64,000 nucleotides of DNA from Nitrospinaceae bacterium (GCA_046754465.1 JBHHVU010000003.1:32001-96000); one strand, 5' to 3'. Counted from the first letter of the stretch, positions 19,575 to 30,141 are shown. The notes: generated by a model not told the origin, from the letters alone. Numbers and translations are program-made.

Positions 19575-20660
19575 TCACCGAACCAGCTTCGCTTCGGCCC
19601 GTGACAAGGAAAGATATTTTTCTATCGCTTCGACGAATTTATCCTTGGTGAGCGCGCCGGAAAACATCTCGCCGGAAACGGTATCGTTTTCAGGATCGTA
19701 AAGCCCCAGGACGAAGGTAGGCGTTCCTTGAATTCCCAGTTGGATTCCTTCCTGGATATCATTTTTGACCCTCTCTTGATATTTTCTCTCCTTCAGGCAT
19801 TTTTTGAAAACCTGCAAGTTTTTCACTCCCGCTTTTCTGGCAACCGCGACGAGCCCCTCGCCGGACGGTGGGGACAAGTCGTTATTTTTTTCAAAGAAGA
19901 GGGCCTGAAGCTGCCAAAACCGACCCTGGTCCCGGGCGCATTCCACCGCCTCGGAAAGGTTTTTCGCTTCCTTGTGGAAAGGCAGGGGGAAATGGCGGTA
20001 ACCAAATTGAACATCCTTATCATAAATTTTCCGCAGGGTTTGAAGGGTCTGTTGCACCCGCTTGCAAAAGGGACACTGAAAATCGGAATATTCCAGGAGA
20101 AACACCTTTCTTGATTTTTTTGAACCCCCATTGAACAACATGGCGGAACCAATACCGGCCACCACGCGGAACTGACTGGGAGGTTTCAAAAAAACCTTGG
20201 CCCATTTCTTTTTCAGAGCGTACTGGAATTTTTTTTCAATGAAGGTATCCCTGGAGGCCGTTTGAAGATATTGGCGGATTTCAGCCTTCATTTGATCCAG
20301 GCTTCCCAAGTCCTTCACTCCCGGAGTGTTCTGGTAAAACCGGACGATGTCCTTTTCCGTCACCGGGGGGACATTATCTTCCTGGAATTCGGGGTGCTTT
20401 TTTGAAAGGAGTTGGAGGATCTTCTCCTTCAAGGCTCGGCTTTCCATTTCATAAAGCTGATACATCAGATCATGCATCTGGGCGTTTTTCAGGGAATCCA
20501 ACATGATGGGTTCGCCATCGACCACAGCCACGGTGGGATTGTTGGTGAAAGGCTGGAAATTCGAGGATTGCGCCAGAACGCTTGAGGGGCCTATTGCAAA
20601 AAACGCCAACAGAAAACACAGGGCGGGGACCCTGGAAAACTTCACTGAATATATTTTCAC
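19575..20660 (-). CDS. DsbA/thioredoxin-fold protein with SurA-like N-terminal helical region
   Basis: VAVVDGEPI; EYSDFQCPFC, YRHFPL..H, GIQGTPTF. Confidence 0.88.
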   Translation of the reverse strand: MKIYSVKFSRVPALCFLLAFFAIGPSSVLAQSSNFQPFTNNPTVAVVDGEPIMLDSLKNAQMHDLMYQLYEMESRALKEKILQLLSKKHPEFQEDNVPPVTEKDIVRFYQNTPGVKDLGSLDQMKAEIRQYLQTASRDTFIEKKFQYALKKKWAKVFLKPPSQFRVVAGIGSAMLFNGGSKKSRKVFLLEYSDFQCPFCKRVQQTLQTLRKIYDKDVQFGYRHFPLPFHKEAKNLSEAVECARDQGRFWQLQALFFEKNNDLSPPSGEGLVAVARKAGVKNLQVFKKCLKERKYQERVKNDIQEGIQLGIQGTPTFVLGLYDPENDTVSGEMFSGALTKDKFVEAIEKYLSLSRAEAKLVR

Positions 20661-20949
20661 GGCGATGGTCTTTCCGAAAACACCTTGAGGGTTTTCATTT
20701 TATCCTTAACACGGCGCAGGATGCCATCCGCGGATTTGCCTTCACGCTTCTATTATCTCCCAAATGGCATTCCCTAAGCAAATGGATTTCAACCCAAATG
20801 AATGGAGGAAAAGGATCCGGCGGCAAGTTTGAAAGAAGTTCCCTTTTTCGGAGCAGGTGCCCGGCCAACGCTTGGGGACGGGGTCATACAAACTCATTCC
20901 GCGTAAACTCCCGCCTCCATTATTTTCCCGGCGGGGGCCGAATAAACCA

Positions 20950-21861
20950 TCAAGACCCACCGGTGGTCATGGAGGCCTCGGGATTGAGAAATTTGTGGCA
21001 ATTATCCGCCAGGTTCAAAAACGCCTTGGCGGCGGCGGAATCGGGCCGCGAAAGCACCACCGGCTCTCCACTATCCGACCGAATCGTGATCTCCGCGTCG
21101 AGCGGAATCTTACCCAAATAGGGCAGAACCAATTCCTGGGCCAGTTTTTCTCCGCCTCCCTTTTTGAACACGTCGATTTCCCCCTTACAATGAGGGCAGG
21201 TCAAGGTACTCATGTTCTCAATGATTCCCACGATGGGCACATTACTGTCCCGGGCAAACGAAATCATTTTCCTGGCATCCAGCAGGGCCAAATCCTGCGG
21301 CGTGGTGACCACGACCGCTCCATCCACTTCCCCGATAAAATCGATGATGGTGATCTGTTCGTTGCCCGTGCCGGGGGGCAGATCAATGAGCAGATAATCC
21401 AGGGGACCCCAGGTAATATTGCCGAGGAGCTCGATGATAAAGTCATATTTCACCGCATCGCGCCAGGCAATATGCATGTTGGGATCCTCAATCAAAAATC
21501 CCAGGGAAGCCACCTTGAGTCCGTTTCTCATCTCGTAAGGCGCCACCCCCTCGTCGGTGGCCTTCAACCGGATATTTTCGGCGTTCAATAATTTGGGAAT
21601 ATTGGGACCGTGAAGGTCAGCATCGGCCAGACCGACCTGGAAACCTTTTTCCGTAAGGGCGATCGCAAGATTGGTAGTGACGGTGCTTTTCCCCACCCCC
21701 CCCTTGTTGCTGCCGATGATGAGCTTGTGCTTGATATCGTTCATCCGCTTATTGACCAGCCAACGGTTATGTTCATTCTTGTCGGCCTTGCAATCCGTGT
21801 CATTGTTGAATTCACACATTTCACAGGTGTGAAGGAGCCTGCACTCTCCTGTTACGACCAT
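20950..21861 (-). CDS. mrp: Mrp/ApbC/Nbp35 Fe-S carrier ATPase
   Basis: KGGVGKST, DADLHGPNIP, DLPPGTG, VTTPQ, ENMS...CPHC. Confidence 0.95.
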   Translation of the reverse strand: MVVTGECRLLHTCEMCEFNNDTDCKADKNEHNRWLVNKRMNDIKHKLIIGSNKGGVGKSTVTTNLAIALTEKGFQVGLADADLHGPNIPKLLNAENIRLKATDEGVAPYEMRNGLKVASLGFLIEDPNMHIAWRDAVKYDFIIELLGNITWGPLDYLLIDLPPGTGNEQITIIDFIGEVDGAVVVTTPQDLALLDARKMISFARDSNVPIVGIIENMSTLTCPHCKGEIDVFKKGGGEKLAQELVLPYLGKIPLDAEITIRSDSGEPVVLSRPDSAAAKAFLNLADNCHKFLNPEASMTTGGS

Positions 21862-21963
21862 CAGAACCTCCTAAGATTCAAAATCCCCGGGGCGCCGGTG
21901 ACCCGGCCCTCCCCGATACCGTAAGGATCGCTGTCCTTGCTTTGGAATAATCAGATTATTATG

Positions 21964-21992
21964 AGGTTATGTAACAATCTTTTCCATGTCAA
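21964..21992 (-). promoter_or_regulatory. Sigma70-type promoter for mrp
   Basis: Minus strand TTGACA-N17-TAACCT. Confidence 0.5.
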
Positions 21993-22492
21993 GGGAAATA
22001 GATGGTTTCCGGACGGCGAAGGGACTCATCCATCGTGCCGTTGGGCCGCCACGACGGGGACCGGAATCGATTTTCCGGCTCGTTGAGTTTAAAATACCTG
22101 GCCGGGAAAATATCCAAATGCTGGGATCCCCGAAAAAATGTCCTGGCAGCATCGGGACCTTCGCGACTTCCTCGACGGAACTGCTGGGCCCGAATCGACT
22201 TCAATTGCCTTTTTGATTTATCCTGAATCTTTTTCCTGATTCGGTTATCTAAAAAAAACCCATTCTCAAAATATGAGTTCCAAATTATACAAAATCATGG
22301 CAAAAGCGGGAGCTATAAAGTTAAGGTTCCCTCTCAAGTCCGGCGCGGAACCAGAAACCGGGGTTTGAAAGCCTCGCCGTCAAAATCCGAAGAAGCGGCC
22401 GGGGGCTTGTTGCCTTCCGGGGGATTCATGTCCACTCAATCTTTGGGGTGGGTAAATTTTAACAACCTTAGTATTGAAGGAGTCTTGGCATC

Positions 22493-22906
22493 ATGAAAAA
22501 TCTTTCTTTAAAATTGGGGGCTTTATTGGCATTCGTTTTCGTATGGGGCCTTTCCACAGCGTATGCGGGCAATTCCATCAAAATCACTCAACCGACCAAT
22601 GGCGCCACCGTCTCCAGCCCAGTAAAAGTCTGCATGGAAGTTCACGGGGTTGAAGTGCAGCCAGCCAAAATGGGTGTCCACGATGGCAAGGGCCATCATC
22701 ACATTCTTGTGGATGTGGATGTTCCCTCGGACCTCGGCAAACCCATCGGCAAGGATGCCCATCATATCCACATGGGTGACGGGTCCACCTGCAAGGAAGT
22801 CAAACTGGATGCCGGGAAACACACCCTCCGTACCCTCTTCGCCAAGGGGAACCACGTCCCTTACAGTCCGGCCCTTACGGACGCCGTCAGCGTTACGGTC
22901 AAGTAA
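22493..22906 (+). CDS. Exported DUF4399-like His-rich Ig-fold protein
   Basis: Signal peptide; P.NGATVSSP, GHHHILVD, HIHMGDG, GKHTL; AAGGAG RBS. Confidence 0.8.
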   Translation: MKNLSLKLGALLAFVFVWGLSTAYAGNSIKITQPTNGATVSSPVKVCMEVHGVEVQPAKMGVHDGKGHHHILVDVDVPSDLGKPIGKDAHHIHMGDGSTCKEVKLDAGKHTLRTLFAKGNHVPYSPALTDAVSVTVK

Positions 22907-22929
22907 ATCCAACCCCACTCGGGTCTTGT

Positions 22930-22963
22930 AAAATGCTACCCCGAGGTTCGGGGTAGCATTTTT
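22930..22963 (+). terminator. Intrinsic terminator, probably bidirectional
   Basis: aaaatgctaccccga-ggt-tcggggtagcattttt. Confidence 0.85.
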
Positions 22964-23238
22964 ATTGGCGGACGATCTTCCGGATTCCCTCCCCGGTCTT
23001 CATTTGCCCCGCCGCCAACCCAAGGCTTCCTCCCCTCCAGATATTTCCAGCGCCTGAAACCTTATCCGTCCGCGGAAAAAATTTTCACCTTCCCTAGGAT
23101 CGAATTGAGTTGTAATCCCTTCCCTCAACTTATAAAATCACGGTATCCCAGTTTAGACCAGTGAAATCAAAAAGTTTTTCAAACGGGACCCCGGAGCGCC
23201 CTTTCTCCGGGGAAAGCGGTTCACCCAAAAAAATTGTT

Positions 23239-24606
23239 ATGAGAAATTTTCGGTTAAAGAAACTCAAAGCGGTTTTAACTGCTTTTTTTCTTATCCTGAC
23301 CCTGGGGGTCACGGACACGCTGTCCCACGAAGTCAATAAAAGCGCCATGGTGCTCCTCGCGGCGAAAGACCGTTCGGGAAAAATGTTTTCCAATGGAACC
23401 GGCTTCGTCGTGAAGCCGGAGGGAATCCTGATCACCAATTACCACGTTCTGGTGGATGCGGCCTCGATGGACGCCATTTTCCCGGACGGAAGCCGGGTTC
23501 CGGTGGAAGGGATTTTAAAAATAGACCGGATCAAGGATTTCGCGGTATTGAAGCTGAAAGAGGGATTTTATTCCACGTTGGAACTGGGGGATTCGGGGGG
23601 GATACGGGACTTCGATTACGCGAGCGCCTTGGGGTATTCCTCGCATAACGTGATCAATTCGGGAGGGCGCCTGAAAGGAATCATTGTTCAGACTTATGGA
23701 TTCGTCCTGGGAATCCACCCGCAGGCCTACCCCGATTTTCCCTATATCTATACCACCGCTCCCTTCGGACCTGGTTTCAGCGGGGGCCCGGTCGTGGGGA
23801 AGGATAACAAGGTCGTGGGAATCGCCACGGTGGAGGGACGCTCCATCAACCTCGCCCTGCCGATCAATGAGATCAAACCCTTTCTCGATGGAAAACACCA
23901 AATGACCCTGGCCCAGCTTTTTGAAAAAGACCGGGATTCCAAGGAAGCCAAGTATTACCGGGGTAATTACGCGCTCTACGCGGAGGGCAACCCGGACCGG
24001 GCCATCCGTTTTTTCCGGGAGGTCCTGGCCATGGACCCCAATTTCGTGCTCGCCTATTATGACTTGGCGGTCGCCCATCGGGAAAAAGGACGGATCTCCG
24101 AGTCCAATGCCGATTACGAAAAGGTCGTGGAGATCAATCCCAATTTCCCGGAAGCCCTGTCCAACCTGGGGGGGTACTATTTTCGGGAAGGGAAGATCGA
24201 AAAAGCGGTGGAGTTATTCAAAAAAGCCCTGAAGATTTATCCCAATTTCATCCAGGCACATTCCAACCTGGGCGCCGCCCTGAACAAACTGAACCGCCCC
24301 GGGGAAGCTCTTCCCCATCTAAAGAAAACCCTGCTTCTGGACCCGGAATTTGCCATCGCCTACTATAACCTCGGCAACACTCGCTTTGCCCTGGGCCAGG
24401 TCGAGGAAGCCCAGAAGGCTTACAACCAAGCCGTCAGGTTGGGGGTGGACTTCCTGACCCTGCATTGGAAACTGTTTGAGACCAACTTTCAGCAGGGAAA
24501 AAGCCGGGAAGCGGAACGGCAATTGAGAATTATCCTGAAGATTGACCCGCAAAATCCGAAAGCGCGTAAAAAACTCGCGGAACTCTTCTCCCCGCCCCAC
24601 CCATAA
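23239..24606 (+). CDS. Trypsin-like serine protease with C-terminal TPR repeats
   Basis: GTGF, TNYHV (His), DFAVL (Asp), GFSGGP (Ser); several TPR units. Confidence 0.9.
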   Translation: MRNFRLKKLKAVLTAFFLILTLGVTDTLSHEVNKSAMVLLAAKDRSGKMFSNGTGFVVKPEGILITNYHVLVDAASMDAIFPDGSRVPVEGILKIDRIKDFAVLKLKEGFYSTLELGDSGGIRDFDYASALGYSSHNVINSGGRLKGIIVQTYGFVLGIHPQAYPDFPYIYTTAPFGPGFSGGPVVGKDNKVVGIATVEGRSINLALPINEIKPFLDGKHQMTLAQLFEKDRDSKEAKYYRGNYALYAEGNPDRAIRFFREVLAMDPNFVLAYYDLAVAHREKGRISESNADYEKVVEINPNFPEALSNLGGYYFREGKIEKAVELFKKALKIYPNFIQAHSNLGAALNKLNRPGEALPHLKKTLLLDPEFAIAYYNLGNTRFALGQVEEAQKAYNQAVRLGVDFLTLHWKLFETNFQQGKSREAERQLRIILKIDPQNPKARKKLAELFSPPHP

Positions 24607-24616
24607 ATTTTTAAAA

Positions 24617-25540
24617 TCATATTTTCCCCAAGGTTTCCACCACCACCGAAAATACCGCGAACAAACTCTCGGGCGAACATTTATCGAGGGTATCCGTCAA
24701 CTTGTGCCAGTAGGGATAATCGAAATCGATCAACACCGCCGAGGGAATCCCTCGCTGGGCAAAGGGGTAATGGTCGTCGTAAAGGGTGTATTTGCTTTTC
24801 ATCCGGAACTGGGGGAACCCTTTTTCCCGGGCCACTTTAAGGAGGAGATCCAGGAGCCAGGGCGCGCTTTTCATCGAAATCGTTTCTTTATAAATTTCCA
24901 GGTTCCGGTCGGCCACCATATCGATGATCAGGACCAGGAACGGCCAATTCTCCGTATCCCCTTTTTTCAGGCTAAGGGCATAATGGCTGGAGCCGAGAAG
25001 GTTTTCCCCCGATCCCTTGCGCCCATAGTCCTCGCCATCGAAAAAAACCAGGTGGATGGGCCTTTCCTGCCGGTGACGGTGGAAATACTGCGCCAGGGCC
25101 AATAACACGGCGGTTCCCGACCCGCCGTCGTTGGCCCCGAGAATAGGCTGCGAACGCAATGCGGGATCGGGCTCTTCATCCGCAAAGGGGCGGGTGTCGT
25201 AATGGGCGCCAATCAGAATGGGCTCTTCCGAGCGGGTCCCCCGGAACTTCAGCCGGATATTGGACATTGTCAATGGGCCATGTTTCGCCCGCGGAAGGGA
25301 AAATTTCTGGACATCCATTTCGTCGGCATATTCGCGGCCCACCTGCTTGATCCGTTCCACGGTTTGGAAGTAGCCGGGACTGCCGGGGAACCGGGGGCCA
25401 TAGCCCGTAAGGGTTTTCAAGTGGTTCCAGGCGATCTGGCGATAAGGCCGCAATTTCCCCGCGTCGTTGGCCTCGAGGTAGGACCTCCCCGAAACCCAGG
25501 CCATTCCCATCAGTAAAACAATCAGGCTGGCCTTTTTCAT
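24617..25540 (-). CDS. M28 family peptidase / glutaminyl cyclase-like
   Basis: GAHYDTR, GANDGGSG, FDGED, IDMV, DDH.PF, YWH. Confidence 0.9.
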   Translation of the reverse strand: MKKASLIVLLMGMAWVSGRSYLEANDAGKLRPYRQIAWNHLKTLTGYGPRFPGSPGYFQTVERIKQVGREYADEMDVQKFSLPRAKHGPLTMSNIRLKFRGTRSEEPILIGAHYDTRPFADEEPDPALRSQPILGANDGGSGTAVLLALAQYFHRHRQERPIHLVFFDGEDYGRKGSGENLLGSSHYALSLKKGDTENWPFLVLIIDMVADRNLEIYKETISMKSAPWLLDLLLKVAREKGFPQFRMKSKYTLYDDHYPFAQRGIPSAVLIDFDYPYWHKLTDTLDKCSPESLFAVFSVVVETLGKI

Positions 25541-25570
25541 AAATTCCTTCACGGGATAATCAGGATAATT

Positions 25571-26011
25571 TCAAGGTTTGATCTGTCTGGATGGCAGAGG
25601 AGACCCAACCCGGTCCCGGACTTCAAAATAATCGTTCAGAATATCCGAATGATCGAAAGCCAGGGGCTGGGGCAGTGAATCCTTGGAAAAAACACCAACA
25701 TTTCGCGCATCGGAATCCGCCCGCGGGGTTCCCCGGGCTCGGGCCACAAAAACCGTGGATATATTATGCTGACGGGAATCCCGGCGCGGGTCGGAATAGG
25801 TGTGAAATTGCCCGATCAATTCGATGTCCAGCGAAGTTTCCTCCTTCGCTTCGCGCACCGCGGCCGCTTCCAGGGATTCCCCATAATCGACATAGCCCCC
25901 CGGCAAAGCCCAACCGTGGGGCGGATTGGACCGTTCGATCAAAACGATCTTTTCATTCCCAAGTTCTATGATCACATCGACGGTGGGAATGGGATTCCTA
26001 TGTTCCACCAT
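25571..26011 (-). CDS. Nudix hydrolase (ADP-ribose pyrophosphatase-like)
   Basis: Nudix box [29 protein letters not shown]. Confidence 0.93.
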   Translation of the reverse strand: MVEHRNPIPTVDVIIELGNEKIVLIERSNPPHGWALPGGYVDYGESLEAAAVREAKEETSLDIELIGQFHTYSDPRRDSRQHNISTVFVARARGTPRADSDARNVGVFSKDSLPQPLAFDHSDILNDYFEVRDRVGSPLPSRQIKP

Positions 26012-26163
26012 GGGGTTCCCCCGATAACGCGATACACCCAGTGAGCCCTGTCATTCAACCGGTTCCCATACTCCCACAGAGCCGCCCTAAAATAAAGTGC
26101 GATTGTACGCTCGTGGCGCAGGTCCCCACAGGCCCGGTTCCCGGCCGGGACGGGTTCTTTATC

Positions 26164-26192
26164 TTGACAAGGGACGCCTTTCCGGATATTTT
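26164..26192 (+). promoter_or_regulatory. Sigma70-type promoter upstream of flgM
   Basis: TTGACA-N17-TATTTT. Confidence 0.5.
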
Positions 26193-26247
26193 AAGTACAT
26201 AAAATCAAATGGAACGACGCGCCTGAGGGGTAATTGCTTTACGCCAC

Positions 26248-26274
26248 TCAAGTTTTCCTTGATTTATCCGATAG
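26248..26274 (+). promoter_or_regulatory. Sigma28 (FliA)-type promoter upstream of flgM
   Basis: TCAAG-N14-TCCGATAG versus consensus TCAAG/TAAAG-N14-GCCGATAA. Confidence 0.65.
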
Positions 26275-26397
26275 GGTTTACAGGGAAGATTGCCAGGCAA
26301 AAAGCGAGCGAATGTGCATTTTTCGGGTGACAAGGGTCGCCGGAAGCGTTAAGCTATTGATAAATTAGGTCTTATTATAGGCAGGTTGGGGTGAATC

Positions 26398-26721
26398 ATG
26401 GAAATCCCCGGAATCAAAAATAAATCCATTCAGGGTAAAATTAAGGTTGGGGCCAAGCAGCCGGTCGCCAATAAGGGCGGCGAAGGCGGGTCTTCCTCTT
26501 CCGGGAACGTTCAAGGCGCCGATAAAACCGCTCTCTCTCCGCAGGCGGTCGCCCTTCAAAAAGCCGTGAATACGGTCAAGGCCGAGCCCGATGCGGTCCG
26601 TGTCGATAAAGTGGACCGAATTAAAAAAGAAATCCAGGAAGGGCGGTTCAAGGTGGATAGCCGTGATCTCGCCGAAAAGATTCTAAGGGATATCATTACC
26701 GAAGCCAAATTTCTCGGCTGA
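26398..26721 (+). CDS. flgM: Anti-sigma28 factor FlgM
   Basis: Low-complexity N-terminus, D..ALS, VRVDKVDRIKKEIQEGRFKVDSRDLAEKI. Confidence 0.9.
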   Translation: MEIPGIKNKSIQGKIKVGAKQPVANKGGEGGSSSSGNVQGADKTALSPQAVALQKAVNTVKAEPDAVRVDKVDRIKKEIQEGRFKVDSRDLAEKILRDIITEAKFLG

Positions 26722-26980
26722 CCGGCGGTTCTCCTCCCAGGTTTACCTCCTTTCTATTTCGTTCATAAAACCTTCTCCCCCCACGCATAATTCCCCTCTC
26801 CTTCAGCCTGACGCTCCAAGCCGGAAAACGGCCCGCCTGACTCCAGGCAAAAAGATCACCGCCTCCCCAATCCACGAGACGCGCGCACCTATTTTCAGGA
26901 TGGAAAAAGAATTTTTCTACGGGTTAACCAACGGATTTCCCCAACCCGCGCCGGGGGAAAACAACGGAGAAAGGAAAGGA

Positions 26981-27211
26981 TTATTTGGAGTCCATGGAGG
27001 TGGCCGGAGAGGGAAGCGTTAAAAGAAATGTGTTGAGTTTATCGATCAACACATTCACATCCATCCCGTGCATCAGGGCTCCGTTTTCCAGCGTGTCAAA
27101 ATTCACCGCGAAGCAACTGCCGCAACTCATGTTGAGGTCGGTGAAAAACTTCACCGCTCCGGGATAGGCGCTGATAATTTCATTGATGGTGGTATCTTTT
27201 CCGATGATCAT
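26981..27211 (-). CDS. DUF1858-family small protein
   Basis: I.KDTTINEII..YP, MSCGSC....DTLE.GA.MHG.D. Confidence 0.85.
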   Translation of the reverse strand: MIIGKDTTINEIISAYPGAVKFFTDLNMSCGSCFAVNFDTLENGALMHGMDVNVLIDKLNTFLLTLPSPATSMDSK

Positions 27212-27302
27212 AATCAAGACCCCCCCAAAATGACTTGCCCCTGCTGACTTGGTATGTTAGCATTTTGGTTTTCTTGAAACAATTTTTTTTACGGAGAGTT
27301 TC

Positions 27303-27494
27303 ATGGCAAAGAGGTGTGAGATTTGCGATAAAGGCCCCATGTTCGGCAATAATGTGAGCCACGCCAACAACACGACAAGACGGCGCTGGAACCCAAACTT
27401 GAAGAAACTGCGGGTGATTTACGAGGGCGCGATCCGAACGATGAAGGTGTGTACCCGGTGCCTGAAGAGCGGAAAAGCCGTGAAGGCGTGCTGA
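27303..27494 (+). CDS. rpmB: 50S ribosomal protein L28 (zinc-ribbon form)
   Basis: CEIC..GNNVSHANN.TRRRW.PNL...VCTRCLKSG. Confidence 0.98.
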   Translation: MAKRCEICDKGPMFGNNVSHANNTTRRRWNPNLKKLRVIYEGAIRTMKVCTRCLKSGKAVKAC

Positions 27495-27495
27495 A

Positions 27496-29751
27496 TTAAT
27501 TGACGAAAATCTCCGCGTCCTCGGGGCGGCCTGCGTTCTCACCCATCCCCGGGACCTTGGGCCGAACCGGCCTTTTTTTCTTGTTGTATTCCTTGACCCT
27601 TTCCAAATAAATCACTCCATCCACTTCCCGAACTTTTTCCAGGGTCCGGTTCAGTTGCGCGAGATCCTGAATCTCAATGGATAGATCGAAATAGGCCCTT
27701 TTATGGGGTCCCTGCTGCACATTGGCCCGGATGATATTGATATCACAATCGGCGAAAACACTGCTGATATTGGCCAGGAGCCCCGGTTTGTCCTCGGTCA
27801 CTATGGAGATCCGCGTCGGGTAGCTGGTTTTCTGTCCGGAACCCCACTCCACCTCCACCAGACGTTCCGCTTCGTCGCTAAAGCCGCTGACACTAGGGCA
27901 ATCGATATGATGCACCGTCACCCCCCGTCCTCGAGTAATGTATCCCAGGATAGGTTCCCCAGGGACGGGATTGCAGCATTTGCCGACGCGTAGCAAGATG
28001 TCATCGTTAAAACATTTTACCTTGATGGCGCTCTCACGCGATTTTGGGGGGGACTTTTCTTTCAGTTTGATCCGGGCGCTCTCTTCTTTATCCCGCTTTT
28101 CGGCCAACTTTTCCCGGGGCAGGAGTTTTTCCACCACATGGTTGATGGAAACTTTTCCGATCCCGATCCCGGCAAGGAGGCTGTCCAACGAACTGTACCC
28201 GCAGGCATGGATGGCCTCCTCCAGTTTTTTTCCTTTCAGGACCACGGACGGGGACAATTCATAACGCCGGATTTCCTTCTCCAGCAACTCTTTCCCCAGA
28301 CCGAGGCCGCGGGCTCGTTCGCGGCTGTTGATATAATTTGCGATTCGGTTCCGGGCACGCGAAGTTTTCACAAAGGACAGCCAGTCACGGCTGGGATGTT
28401 TTTGTTTGGAGGTGATGATCTCGACCTGGTTGCCGTTTTTCAGCTTGTACCGCAGGGGAACGATCTTGCCGTCGACCTTGGCGGTCAGGCAGTGGTTCCC
28501 GATGTCGGTATGCACGGCGTAGGCGAAATCCACCGGGGTCGACCCGTACGGAAGTGAGATCACATCCCCCTCGGGCGTGAACACATACACTTCCTGAGGA
28601 AACAGGTTTATCTTGAAAGCATTCAGGAATTCCCTGGGACTTTTGAGGTCTTTCTGGCTTTCCAGAAGGTGGCGCACCCAGATCAGTTGATGATCGACCG
28701 GCTTGGTCTTTTTATCGCCCTTTTCCTTGTATTGCCAGTGAGCAGCGATACCCTCCTCGCAAACGCGGTGCATCTCCCGGGTGCGAATCTGAACTTCCAC
28801 CCGTTCCCCCTTGGGCCCGATGACGGTGGTATGAAGGGACTGGTACAAATTGGGCTTGGGCATGGCCACGTAGTCCTTGAACCGCCCGGGAATCGGCTTC
28901 CATAAAGAATGGATCAAGCCCAAAATGGCATAGCAATCCTTCACCGTTTCGGTCAACACCCGGACTCCGACGAGGTCGTAGACATCCTCGAAGTTGATGT
29001 TCTGTTCCATCATTTTTTTATAAATACTGTAATAATGTTTGGGCCGGCCGACGACCGTTCCGGAAATGTCCGCGGCCTTGACTTCCCGATCGATGGTTTC
29101 GCAGACGTGGGCGACGAATTTGCTCCGTTGTTCCTGGCAGTGGGACACCTTTTCTCTGATGAACCGGTAGTCTTCGGGATAAAGATACTGAAAGGCCCCG
29201 TTTTCGAGTTCCGTCTTGAGCCATCCTATCCCCAGCCGGTTGGCGATGGGAGCGTAAATTTCCATGGTTTCGCGGGCAATCCGGCGTTGACTCTCCTCGG
29301 AAAGCGACTCCAGGGTCTTCACGTTGTGCGCCCGGTCGGCCAGCTTGATCAGCACGACCCGAATATCGCGGGCCATGGCCAGGATCATTTTTCGGTAATT
29401 TTCCGCCTGGGTTTCCTCCCGGCTCGAAAATTCCATCTTGCTGATCTTGGTCACCCCGTCCACCAGCTGACAGACTTCCTCTCCAAATAATTCCTGGATT
29501 TCCTCGGGGGTGGCCAGGGTGTCTTCGATGGTATCGTGAAGAAGGCCCGCGGCCAGGGTCTTCTCGTCCATTTTCAAGAGGGTCAGGTTAAAAGCCACTT
29601 CCACGGGGTGGGAGATGTACGCCTCCCCCGAACACCGGCTTTGGCCCCTATGGGCCTTGGCGGAATACACATAGGCATCCAGCACAATGTCCACGTCTGC
29701 ACCGGGATGATATTTCAGCAGGGCATCGGTAATATCCTGAATTTTATGCAT
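27496..29751 (-). CDS. rel: Bifunctional (p)ppGpp synthetase/hydrolase (long RSH)
   Basis: HD motif LLHDTIED, KLADR.HN, RFKDY, YQSLHT, EVQIRT, TGS, CC and ACT domains. Confidence 0.97.
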   Translation of the reverse strand: MHKIQDITDALLKYHPGADVDIVLDAYVYSAKAHRGQSRCSGEAYISHPVEVAFNLTLLKMDEKTLAAGLLHDTIEDTLATPEEIQELFGEEVCQLVDGVTKISKMEFSSREETQAENYRKMILAMARDIRVVLIKLADRAHNVKTLESLSEESQRRIARETMEIYAPIANRLGIGWLKTELENGAFQYLYPEDYRFIREKVSHCQEQRSKFVAHVCETIDREVKAADISGTVVGRPKHYYSIYKKMMEQNINFEDVYDLVGVRVLTETVKDCYAILGLIHSLWKPIPGRFKDYVAMPKPNLYQSLHTTVIGPKGERVEVQIRTREMHRVCEEGIAAHWQYKEKGDKKTKPVDHQLIWVRHLLESQKDLKSPREFLNAFKINLFPQEVYVFTPEGDVISLPYGSTPVDFAYAVHTDIGNHCLTAKVDGKIVPLRYKLKNGNQVEIITSKQKHPSRDWLSFVKTSRARNRIANYINSRERARGLGLGKELLEKEIRRYELSPSVVLKGKKLEEAIHACGYSSLDSLLAGIGIGKVSINHVVEKLLPREKLAEKRDKEESARIKLKEKSPPKSRESAIKVKCFNDDILLRVGKCCNPVPGEPILGYITRGRGVTVHHIDCPSVSGFSDEAERLVEVEWGSGQKTSYPTRISIVTEDKPGLLANISSVFADCDINIIRANVQQGPHKRAYFDLSIEIQDLAQLNRTLEKVREVDGVIYLERVKEYNKKKRPVRPKVPGMGENAGRPEDAEIFVN

Positions 29752-30141
29752 ACCTGTCAAACTGCCACGCTCGCTTTCTTCGGGGTGTCCCTGGGAAAAA
29801 TTTTTTCCAATTTGTCGCTATGGGTTTTACGTAGGTATAGTCTACCTCAGAGTAAGAATACTTCTCCTTCGCCTTCCATGTCAACTTTCTTTCTCCCGTG
29901 ATTGCGGCGGTTTAACCAATGATGTACCGTGAAACCCGGGAACCGGGTTTTCGTTCCCGCTCCCGTTGGAAAATCGGCCCCAACCGTTGGCGTCCCGTGC
30001 CGGGCTTTCCGCGTCCGATTTCATGTTTGATAATGACCCGTTTCTTAGTAGGATAACCCCGGTCTTGAGGACCGGGATGGCGAGGCGGATCCTCGATTCC
30101 CATGGGCCGGGCCATCACTCCCAATCTTAACATCCAATTCC

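Noticed and set aside
20761..20801. Three caaatg(g/a) motifs upstream of the dsbA-like gene
   Set aside because: Short with uneven spacing; compatible with chance.
21900..22490. Long intergenic region considered for a riboswitch (cobalamin or c-di-GMP) or small ORFs
   Set aside because: No convincing conserved cores could be matched by eye and the ORFs lack support; an Rfam scan would be needed.
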